Shown here: in pieces, positions 36,953 to 45,115 of the stretch
How the letters are laid out: the number at the start of each line of letters is the position of its first letter
How positions within the stretch are numbered: the first letter of the stretch is position 1
Origin: an uncultured archaeon
GTDB taxonomy: Archaea > Thermoplasmatota > Penumbrarchaeia > JASLWR01
Direction: 5' to 3'
Length of the DNA: 50,114 nucleotides
NCBI GenBank assembly: GCA_964430885.1
Contig: CAYSHM010000008.1
Location: 73,254-123,367 of the forward strand
Position numbers and translations under genes: made by a program
Notes under the pieces: model-generated
Told to the model about the DNA's origin: nothing
The model's input: the letters and a program-made list of their open reading frames with translations, nothing else
The model's database searches: none

Positions 36953-38020
36953 TTATTCTATACCTACCGCCTTGCCTTCCTTAACTAGGATCCGGGTTAT
37001 GTAATAGGGAAAAGATACAACCTCATCCTTTTTAAGTTTGTAAGTGTTGCCGTCCTCAGATACAAATGATGTAGTATCCTTCAGCACCCTGACCAGCATG
37101 GAGCGGGGTTTATCACCGCTGTTGTCATCTTGATCATCAAGATCATTGAGGGAAGTAGAAACATCACTGCCCGCTACCTGGTCATTGTTACCCTCCTGCT
37201 CCTCTTTTGACAGATTATCCTCATCACTGATAGTCTCCGGTTCCTTTGCGGAAATAACAGTGCGGTCATTATCATCTGGAAAATCATCCAGATATTCACC
37301 CTCACCAATGTCCTTTTCCTTGCGGTACCTATCAGTCCCGGTATACTCCTCATAGGGCACCACTATGCTGTCGGAGGTTTCTATAGATGAAGATGCACTA
37401 GGTTTTTCTAGAGCTTCAGATTTGATTTTGTCGGCGGCGTCCAATGGCAGGTCCGATGATCCAGGCGTATCTAAAGAATGTCCTTCTTTTATGACATTAT
37501 CAAGATCAAAAATATCCATCATGGAAGCGAAGAGGTCGGATATCTCATTTTTATTCAATTTATCCTTTAGCATGCTGCCGATGAATTTTCCCTCAATGGG
37601 GCTAATACTGTCTTTACCCAGGAGCAACTTTCTGGTATCACTGACCAGAAGACGTATAAGACTGAAGAGGAGAACTTCTTCTGGCACCATAACATCAAGC
37701 TTGTTTCCGACATCCATGTTGCCTATGAAATCCCGGTCTATCTGCTGGTTGGCCCTTATTATCACTTTACGGACCCTTCTGATGAAGAGGTCGTTAAGAT
37801 TCTTTTTGGTAGTCTTCCACTGCTGGAAACGGCGCTCAACCTCAGGCAATCCCCTTTGTTCCCCGTACCATTTGTCCTTCTCTATCTTCAGGAAACGGAT
37901 AGCATCGGAATAGAATCCGAATTCAAGGGAGCTGAGAGAGGTTTGACTTCTCTCCCTTTTAAGCGCATCCCTGATCTTATTTCCAAATCCCTGAATATCG
38001 CTCATCCCTCTCATTGACAT
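36953..38020 (-). CDS. GINS complex subunit Gins15/Gins51 with a long acidic linker
   Basis: A domain ALKRERSQTSLSSLEFGFY..RRVRKVI..PEE; B domain LVRVLKDTTSFVSEDGNTYKLKKDEVVSFP..LVKEGKA. Start at ATG 38020, 38014 or 38005. Confidence 0.85.
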   Translation of the reverse strand: MSMRGMSDIQGFGNKIRDALKRERSQTSLSSLEFGFYSDAIRFLKIEKDKWYGEQRGLPEVERRFQQWKTTKKNLNDLFIRRVRKVIIRANQQIDRDFIGNMDVGNKLDVMVPEEVLLFSLIRLLVSDTRKLLLGKDSISPIEGKFIGSMLKDKLNKNEISDLFASMMDIFDLDNVIKEGHSLDTPGSSDLPLDAADKIKSEALEKPSASSSIETSDSIVVPYEEYTGTDRYRKEKDIGEGEYLDDFPDDNDRTVISAKEPETISDEDNLSKEEQEGNNDQVAGSDVSTSLNDLDDQDDNSGDKPRSMLVRVLKDTTSFVSEDGNTYKLKKDEVVSFPYYITRILVKEGKAVGIE

Positions 38021-38140
38021 CAACTTGCTTAAATTAACTTTGCGATGTGATTGAAAAGACGGAATAAAATACAAAGAAAGATTATTACTTCCTAGCGTTT
38101 TCCGGATATAATACGGAATAAAAAACAGCAGGTGACATAA

Positions 38141-38494
38141 CTGACCGATCTAAATCATGCAATAGGAGATTTCTACGGCTGTCCAAAAGATGTCTTAAGC
38201 AGGGTGGGAACCATTAAGAAGATTATTGCAGAGACCATATCAAGGACCAATCTGCACCCCGTCAATGAACTGTATCATCAGTATAAACCCTTTGGAGTTA
38301 CAGGCATTGTTTTATTGAGTGAATCTCACCTGAGCATCCATACATGGCCCGAATTTGAATATGCCGCAGTTGATGTTTTCACCTGCAGTGACGAGCACGA
38401 CCCTGAAAATGCACTGAAAATCCTTTCAGATCTGATAGGTGCCAGCAAAACAAATATTCAAACCCTCAAGAGGGGAGTAAATATTGAACAATGA
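38141..38494 (+). CDS. speD: S-adenosylmethionine decarboxylase proenzyme (SpeD/SpeH family), apparent CTG start
   Basis: GVTGIVLLSESHLSIHTWPE..AAVDVFTC. The conserved N-terminal strand HAIGDFYGC lies upstream of track start 38204, in frame with CTG 38141, which follows AGGTGA and an in-frame TAA. An arginine decarboxylase paralog cannot be excluded. Confidence 0.88.
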   Translation: MTDLNHAIGDFYGCPKDVLSRVGTIKKIIAETISRTNLHPVNELYHQYKPFGVTGIVLLSESHLSIHTWPEFEYAAVDVFTCSDEHDPENALKILSDLIGASKTNIQTLKRGVNIEQ

Positions 38495-38557
38495 ATGCGG
38501 GATCAATCCATAAAAGCCGCTGAGCTTATGTCAGGTAATGATTCGTGAGGAAAACCA

Positions 38558-39013
38558 ATGATAGAAGGCGTTCAAAAAAAGAAACTGTCCCCTATACTGG
38601 ATGACAGAGGATATCTTATGGAAATACTCAGGGCAGACGACCCCCAATTCACCCTTTTCGGACAGTGCTATATTACAACATGTTTTCCAGGGGTAATAAA
38701 AGCCTGGCATATGCACAGATATCAGGAAGACAACATCACTGCGATATCTGGAAACATCAAACTTGTCCTGGCGGACCTTAGAGAGCATTCTGGAAGCTGT
38801 GGGGAGCTGGAGGAATTCTTCTTGGGTGTTCACAATCCTATGCTGGTCAGGATACCCAAAGGAGTATACCATGGTTTCACAACCCTAGGGAACGAAATGG
38901 CCGTGATCCTCAATATTACCGACCGGGCATATGACCATGACAACCCTGACGAGGTGAGAATGGAATTCAATTCCGATAAGATCCCTTATAAATGGACCGT
39001 CAAGAACAGATAA
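38558..39013 (+). CDS. dTDP-4-dehydrorhamnose 3,5-epimerase family (RmlC-like cupin)
   Basis: MIEGV, DDRGYLMEILR, PGVIKAWHMHRYQ, DLR..S, IPKGVYHGF. Confidence 0.9.
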   Translation: MIEGVQKKKLSPILDDRGYLMEILRADDPQFTLFGQCYITTCFPGVIKAWHMHRYQEDNITAISGNIKLVLADLREHSGSCGELEEFFLGVHNPMLVRIPKGVYHGFTTLGNEMAVILNITDRAYDHDNPDEVRMEFNSDKIPYKWTVKNR

Positions 39014-39104
39014 TAACAAACGTAAAAATTTTTAATGAAAACGACTTCAATGCTATGGATAAATAATAATCACAAACAATAATTTTAATTCTGAGGAAGG
39101 CCGG

Positions 39105-40034
39105 ATGAGCAGAAAAAAGAAGGATTATTACCGGATTCTGGGCGTCGCCCCCGATTCGTCTATGAAAAATCTGAAAAAGGCCTACCGGAGATTGGTGGAC
39201 AAATACCACCCTGATAGAGCTCGGGATAAACCTGAACATATCAGGGAGAAATATGAAAAAAGGATTCGTTTACTCAATGAGGCAAAGGAGGTTCTTCTCG
39301 ATACCACCGCAAGATCGATGTACGATTATCAGCATGGTTACAGACAGGATGTGGAGGTCACCGAGGAGGAGATAGAAGAAGTGGAACCCATAAGGGAAGG
39401 GGAGGGAAAGAAAAAAGGGGAGGGAAAATTGGAGATCATAGAGTATTGGGATGGGGAAGTTGGTGATAAGGATATCCGACCTGAAAGCGGGGAAAGTAAT
39501 GGGGCGGATTCCATTTCATGGTACGAAATGAACAGCCCCGATGATCCTGAAAGCCTTGATACTTCAGCTCTTGATACAAAGGGTGAGAAAGAAATCATGA
39601 AGGGAAAGAACAATGACCCAATTGACGAACTGAGTTCGGTTTCCGCTGGTTATGAGGACGGCTTAGTAAATGAAGAAAATTGGAAGGGCGATGAAAGTAT
39701 AAGGGATCATAAAAATGAGGGTATCGGTGGAGATAGTTCCGACGGTGAAATGGAGGTTGAACAAATGGAATATCCCGCGTCTCATGAAGTAGACCCTGAA
39801 GTGAATGTTCCTGGAAGGACCATTCCCCACGAAGAAGGGATGTTTCTCCCCATTGAAGAGGTCATAAAAGATGAAGAAGAGCGGGAGAAATTGCTCTCAA
39901 GTATCAGTTCTGGAAAGGCAGAGGTAAATGATGGGGTACCATACACTCTTTATGACGATCTGGACATCAGTATTAGGATCACTGCATCAGGCAAGAAGGC
40001 AACAAGAAAAGGACTAGAAGATAATGAGAGATAA
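39105..40034 (+). CDS. J-domain protein with long acidic C-terminal region
   Basis: DYYRILGV, KKAYRRLVDKYHPD, LNEAKEVLLD..R..YD. No G/F-rich or Cys-rich domains. Confidence 0.9.
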   Translation: MSRKKKDYYRILGVAPDSSMKNLKKAYRRLVDKYHPDRARDKPEHIREKYEKRIRLLNEAKEVLLDTTARSMYDYQHGYRQDVEVTEEEIEEVEPIREGEGKKKGEGKLEIIEYWDGEVGDKDIRPESGESNGADSISWYEMNSPDDPESLDTSALDTKGEKEIMKGKNNDPIDELSSVSAGYEDGLVNEENWKGDESIRDHKNEGIGGDSSDGEMEVEQMEYPASHEVDPEVNVPGRTIPHEEGMFLPIEEVIKDEEEREKLLSSISSGKAEVNDGVPYTLYDDLDISIRITASGKKATRKGLEDNER

Positions 40035-40298
40035 CCACTTTTTACCGGAATATCCAAATCCTTTTTTTCAATATTTTTAACAATATAAATTGCCTGCAAT
40101 TCAGGTATGACATATAGCAATTTACCAGTCTAAGACACATCGGGTTTTAGATGTGCAAAAGACTTATATAGAAATCTTGATAATAGGTTATCTGAATGGG
40201 TATCCAGTTTGCCGTGGGAGAAGGTTGGGGACTATAGATAATTATCCATGTAGACAATAATTTGATCAGGATCCGAATGGGGAAATGGAGATAAAGAA

Positions 40299-40922
40299 AT
40301 GGGAATTTTTAAATCATTCTGGAAAAGGATATTCAGGCTCTTCAGCAAGAAGAACTGGAAATTAGGCATCTATGGTGCACCTAATGCCGGCAAGACCACC
40401 CTGGCAAACCGCATATCCCAGGATTGGTCCCAGATGGCCATGGGCATGACATCTGAGGTTCCCCACGAAACTAAAACTGTAAAATCTAAAGAGGTCACCA
40501 TACAATCCGGAAAGAAAAAGATTTCCCTGAATATCTACGACACTCCGGGCATAGCTACCGAAATCGATTTTTACAATTTTGTAGAAAAATACGGCTTTGA
40601 CGAGGAAGAGGGTAAAAGAAGAGCAAAGGAAGGAACAAAAGGGGTTATAGAAGCAATCAAATGGCTGGATAACATGGATGGTATCCTTTTGGTGATGGAT
40701 GCTACTGAAGATCCCTTCAATCAAGTGAACATTACCCTTTTGGGAAACTGCCGAGCCCGAAATCTGCCAGTTCTTATTGTTGCCAATAAGATGGACCTGA
40801 AAAATGCATCCTACAAGAAGATAGTAAATGGTTTCGATGAAGATACAGTAATACCCATATCTGCTCTGGAAGGAACCAATATTGATAAGCTCTACAAGGG
40901 TATTATCAAGGTATTCAGATAA
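40299..40922 (+). CDS. oapA: Era-like small GTPase OapA/ArvA
   Basis: GIYGAPNAGKTTLANRI, SEVPHET, DTPG, RAKEGTKGVIEAIKWL, DPFNQVN, ANKMD, ISAL; first gene of the conserved triad. Confidence 0.9.
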   Translation: MGIFKSFWKRIFRLFSKKNWKLGIYGAPNAGKTTLANRISQDWSQMAMGMTSEVPHETKTVKSKEVTIQSGKKKISLNIYDTPGIATEIDFYNFVEKYGFDEEEGKRRAKEGTKGVIEAIKWLDNMDGILLVMDATEDPFNQVNITLLGNCRARNLPVLIVANKMDLKNASYKKIVNGFDEDTVIPISALEGTNIDKLYKGIIKVFR

Positions 40923-40934
40923 AACTTAAGAAAA

Positions 40935-41663
40935 ATGAATGATATAAAAGGAGTTGAAATTCAGATGTCCGATGAGATGGTCGGCATAATGATCAACTTG
41001 ATCTCCAAGGAAAAACTGAATGAGATGAGCCCCAAAGAGAGGATCAGCTTCATTGTTGAAGAGGTCAAAAAAGGGAATGTCCTTGTTCTCGAAAGGGGGC
41101 TTACGGCCATTGAGGAAATGGAACTTATCAAAGTAACCATGGCTAATATTGATCATCAATCATTCGTAGGGGTCGAGACCCCTGGTTTTTCATTATCTGC
41201 AAAAAAGAGGAGCTTCTGGGACCGCATAACCAGAAGAAAACCACCTCCCAGAATGATGGTCGTGGGACCTGCCAATCTTCTGAAAACAATCAGAAAAGAT
41301 GGTGAGGTTGTCAAAGCAATGCTTCTTGCAAAGGGAGGGTTGAGACCCATGAGGAAAGAGGAGGTGGAAGGCAAGGAGGATATCAAGGCACCAGATGGAA
41401 AGGAAGATGTAGAAATGGAGAGCCCGGAATTACCTGATAGTAACGAATTACTGGATGAATCCACAGAAGATGAGGAAGAACCTGCTACCGAAGAGGAGAT
41501 GTACGATGATGAGGCAGAAGTAGGGGGAAATGAACCAGAAGAAAACGAGGGCGATACCGAGGTGCAGGAAAAAGTAGAAGAGAAAGGATTAATTGATGAA
41601 GAAGATAATCTGGATGATCGAAGATCAAAGGATAAAGAAGATGGTGTAGATTCAGATGTATAA
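40935..41663 (+). CDS. oapB: OapB/ArvB (DUF2073) protein with acidic C-terminal extension
   Basis: ERISFIVEEVKKGNVLVLERGLTAIEEMELIKVTMANID..FVGVE, MMVVGPAN. Confidence 0.87.
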   Translation: MNDIKGVEIQMSDEMVGIMINLISKEKLNEMSPKERISFIVEEVKKGNVLVLERGLTAIEEMELIKVTMANIDHQSFVGVETPGFSLSAKKRSFWDRITRRKPPPRMMVVGPANLLKTIRKDGEVVKAMLLAKGGLRPMRKEEVEGKEDIKAPDGKEDVEMESPELPDSNELLDESTEDEEEPATEEEMYDDEAEVGGNEPEENEGDTEVQEKVEEKGLIDEEDNLDDRRSKDKEDGVDSDV

Positions 41664-42186
41664 TCAATGCCTTACCTGCGGGTCCACCTATGGTTTGGAA
41701 TCCACGGTGATAATAGACGGTTGCTACGAGTGCGGCGGGAAACGGTTTTCCTATACGGCAAATCCCTTACCCAAAATGGAACTTCAGGAACTCAGAAGGG
41801 AATCCAATAACGATCTGGGCCTGTTGATGGAGAAGATGTACCTGAGAAAAGCTAGTATAAAGAAGGTATCTGAGAAAGATCAAAAGAAAATGGGCCTACG
41901 CGATAAAGATAAATGGTTTAAAATTGAGATTCTACCTGAAAAAGAAGAAAATACACCCCTGAAGGACCAAAAATCTGAAACAATGCCTGATAGCAAGAAA
42001 ACCACCATATCAGGTTCGAAGAGGTCTTATCCTCGGGATGGTACTATGGAATCAATACGGGAAACTAGTGAAGGGGTCTATGAGATAGACCTTGAATTGA
42101 TGCTGAAAACCGTCCAGAGCAATCTTCCAATTGTATTAATGGAAAAGGGAGTATATCTAATCAATTTCAAGGATGTTAAGGAATAA
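41656..42186 (+). CDS. oapC: OapC/ArvC (DUF2072) zinc-ribbon protein
   Basis: QCLTCG..IIDGCYECGGKRFSY; C-terminal ESIRETSEGVYEIDL..EKGVYLI; overlaps oapB. Confidence 0.87.
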   Translation: MYNQCLTCGSTYGLESTVIIDGCYECGGKRFSYTANPLPKMELQELRRESNNDLGLLMEKMYLRKASIKKVSEKDQKKMGLRDKDKWFKIEILPEKEENTPLKDQKSETMPDSKKTTISGSKRSYPRDGTMESIRETSEGVYEIDLELMLKTVQSNLPIVLMEKGVYLINFKDVKE

Positions 42187-42276
42187 AAACACGCCTTTAA
42201 TAATCATCACAACCATTATTAAATAAGGAAACTAACTGTATTGTAATGGTATAAGTTATTTGCAGAGCTGAGAAAA

Positions 42277-43752
42277 ATGGGTTATGAAGCATTGGGAAAG
42301 GTTTTCAGGAATAAAAAGGTCCTGGCTATCACCTTGGTATCTATTTTTATACTATCCCTTATTCTTTCCGGATGGCGGTACTCAGTTGCTCTCAAGAATC
42401 GAGAATCCTATACCATTATTGATTTCGATGAGGCTCAGTGTTATGTAGATGCAAAAACGCTTCTTGATATGGGTGAGACATTCAGCGGGATTAAAGCTGG
42501 AAGATTAACTGGCACAGAGGCAGAACATAATTGTGCTCAATACATTTTGCATCAGTTCCAGAATGCTGGGTTATCCAACGCTCATATAGAAGAATATCCC
42601 GTTCTAATGTTCTATCCAAAGAAAGCGGATATATCTCTTGTACCATATGTGTTCAACGGCCCTTTAGATATTGGCGTACCTTCACCCCTAGGCTCCGAGA
42701 TACGTTTCAATCACATCACCGATTTTGTCATTCAGGGCTACTCAGGTTCTTTACACTGGAACAATTTCAGGGATGATCTTGAGATAGTGAACATCGGCGA
42801 CGGGCAGGATGAAAGCGATTATAATGACATTGGCGGAAAAGCAGTTCTTGTCAGAGGTACAGGAGATCAAAGCGGAGCGCCGGCAAATTCTGAATTGTTT
42901 TTTAAGGCCTGGGAACACGGTGCAAAAGCCATCATTCTTCAGAATCTTCAATATGGTTCCGAACACGGGTGCCTTCCCATATTCAAATCATCCCCACTTC
43001 CAGAATCATGGCCCACTAATAATTATCCTGACATTCCCTTTTTCATGGTTTCAAAAGATGTGGGGGACCAGATTGCAAAGGAGATGGCAGATCACAAAAT
43101 AAAGATTGATTTTGATATTCCAATAACTGAAGTGTATCTGAATGTGGTGGTTGGGGACATTAAGGGAAAAACGGATGAACTTATCATCATGGGAGCGCAT
43201 CACGATACAACATACAATGCACCTGGTGCCCAGGACAATACAGTAGGAACGGCAACTATATCAGGTTTAGCAAAGTCCTTGAGGGGATATAAGCCAAAAA
43301 GGACCATCAGATTATGCACTTTCGGAGGAGAGGAAGAAGGGTTGTTCGGTTCGATTTTTTATTTCAATGCACACCAGGACGAATTTAAAGAAAAATGTAA
43401 ATACATGTTCAATTTTGACATGGATAATGTTTATCTGAACCGAAGCAATGTTCTTCCCATTCAATTCTCATGCAACAGCACAAAAAGAATAGCTGAAGAG
43501 GTTTCCAGCATTGTTCTGGAAGAAAACAGATATGATAAATACAATGTTCAGTTCAGCTACAGTTCTCTATTGACTGCTGGAAGCGACCAGCAGATATTCG
43601 CCAAGAACAATATACCCGTATCATGCACCTGGGGATCAGGGTGCGCTGAATACCATACGTACCTTGATGGACTGGAGTACTTGAATCCAGAATCCCAGGG
43701 TTTGGCAGCCCGGATCGTCGGCTCTACAGCGCTTTATCTGGCCAATATGTGA
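42277..43752 (+). CDS. Membrane-anchored/secreted M28 family aminopeptidase with PA domain
   Basis: N-terminal TM; GRLTGTEAE; GAKAIIL; GAHHDT, GAQDNTVG, GGEEEGLFGS, FNFDMD, SDQ, YHT. Confidence 0.92.
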   Translation: MGYEALGKVFRNKKVLAITLVSIFILSLILSGWRYSVALKNRESYTIIDFDEAQCYVDAKTLLDMGETFSGIKAGRLTGTEAEHNCAQYILHQFQNAGLSNAHIEEYPVLMFYPKKADISLVPYVFNGPLDIGVPSPLGSEIRFNHITDFVIQGYSGSLHWNNFRDDLEIVNIGDGQDESDYNDIGGKAVLVRGTGDQSGAPANSELFFKAWEHGAKAIILQNLQYGSEHGCLPIFKSSPLPESWPTNNYPDIPFFMVSKDVGDQIAKEMADHKIKIDFDIPITEVYLNVVVGDIKGKTDELIIMGAHHDTTYNAPGAQDNTVGTATISGLAKSLRGYKPKRTIRLCTFGGEEEGLFGSIFYFNAHQDEFKEKCKYMFNFDMDNVYLNRSNVLPIQFSCNSTKRIAEEVSSIVLEENRYDKYNVQFSYSSLLTAGSDQQIFAKNNIPVSCTWGSGCAEYHTYLDGLEYLNPESQGLAARIVGSTALYLANM

Positions 43753-43883
43753 GCAGATCCAGAAATGGTAATACAGCAGATTTTATTAAAATAGTAGTTA
43801 CGAAGACATGATTAGAGCTCCATAAAAGCACCAATGAATTTAAAGTAATAATCAATTGAAATATAATTTGAGAGTGAAAACAG

Positions 43884-45020
43884 ATGATAATCACAACCCA
43901 ATGGTTCGGAACCTTTCTTGTAGAAAGAGAATCCCTCGATAATGATACATACAGAATAATTGAAAAAATATTATTCCAAAAGAATCCCGATCATATTGCT
44001 GAAATATTGATGAAACTGAATTCAAATGAAATATTGGATGAAGAAAGGGACCTTTTAGTTCTAATTGATGATTCCAGAGGTTCGGAAATTGAAGCTGATG
44101 ATGCAAGATTAAGAGAGATAAGCCAGAATGTCACTGATAGGATCGAATTAGACCCCGATACATATGGATATGATATAGCACTTCTTCAAGAAGCAAGTAT
44201 AATTGTCAGCAAAGCCAGTCTGAAAGGCCAGGTGAAAAAAGATAAACATATAATTCAGGGAATCAATCTAATAGATGAACTCACAAAGCAAAAGAACATT
44301 CTCTCTGAAAGATTGGTTGAATGGTACAATATCTATTTTCCGGAAGCGGTATTAGAAGCAGACCAGGAGAGACTTGTTGAGGGGCTTATGATGAATGTTC
44401 AGAGAGAAAAAATCTCCATCTTTCTCGATATGGAACATCTTTTTCAACAGCACACCGGTTCTGAGATTGGAAAAAGTGAATTTGACCGATACCAGCAATT
44501 AATTGATACCATAAAGAATTTGGATAATAATATATCTGATACTAAAAAATATATTGAGCTAACCGTATTGGAAATTGCCCCCAATTTAACTAGGTTATGC
44601 GGTCCGATGATAAGCGCCAGACTGATATCATCCGCGGGGTCCTTAAAACGTATGTCCCAAATGCCTGCAAGCACGATCCAAATGCTTGGAGCAGAAAAGG
44701 CTCTTTTCCGCTTTCTAAAGAAAAAGGGTACTCCTCCAAAGCATGGAATTATATTTATGCACCCCTCAATTAGAAATGCTCCATATTGGCAGAGGGGAAA
44801 GATTGCAAGATGCTTCGCTGCGAAATTGTCTATTGCTGTGAGAGTGGACAATTATTCAGATAAAAATATTGGAGAAGAGATTCAACTCGATCTTGAGAAG
44901 AAGTTAGAAGATATTCGAAAAAACTTCCCAAATCCACCTGCTAAGAAAAAAACTATAAAGAAAACCTCAAAGAAAATGAGAAATAAAAATCGAAGAGGAA
45001 AAAGAAGTTCCAGAAAATAA
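43884..45020 (+). CDS. nop5: C/D box RNP protein Nop5 (NOP56/58 family)
   Basis: ERLVEWYNIYFPE, IAPNL, MPASTIQMLGAEKALF, PPKHGIIF, QRGKIAR, AVRVD; K/R-rich tail. Confidence 0.95.
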   Translation: MIITTQWFGTFLVERESLDNDTYRIIEKILFQKNPDHIAEILMKLNSNEILDEERDLLVLIDDSRGSEIEADDARLREISQNVTDRIELDPDTYGYDIALLQEASIIVSKASLKGQVKKDKHIIQGINLIDELTKQKNILSERLVEWYNIYFPEAVLEADQERLVEGLMMNVQREKISIFLDMEHLFQQHTGSEIGKSEFDRYQQLIDTIKNLDNNISDTKKYIELTVLEIAPNLTRLCGPMISARLISSAGSLKRMSQMPASTIQMLGAEKALFRFLKKKGTPPKHGIIFMHPSIRNAPYWQRGKIARCFAAKLSIAVRVDNYSDKNIGEEIQLDLEKKLEDIRKNFPNPPAKKKTIKKTSKKMRNKNRRGKRSSRK

Positions 45021-45032
45021 AATACTTTTTGA

Positions 45033-45072
45033 AAATATAAAAAATGGGACGACATTTTTCAACGCCGTCCCA
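45033..45072 (-). terminator. GNRA-capped hairpin + U-tract terminator of the giant surface-protein gene
   Basis: Minus strand UGGGACGGCGUU-GAAA-AAUGUCGUCCCA (45045-45072; 12 bp including 2 G-U), followed by UUUUUUAUAUUU. Confidence 0.75.
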
Positions 45073-45115
45073 AAGCTTGCCCATTATTAAGATCCCTTTC
45101 TGAGGGAAGATTTGT

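Noticed and set aside
40035-40298. Replication origin upstream of oapA
   Set aside because: No repeated ORB consensus (TTCCAGTGGAAAC + G-string) and no cdc6. Only a TATA-like TTATATA and a weak CACATC/GATGTG hairpin are present.
43753-43883. C/D box sRNA next to nop5
   Set aside because: No properly spaced RUGAUGA and CUGA boxes seen on either strand.
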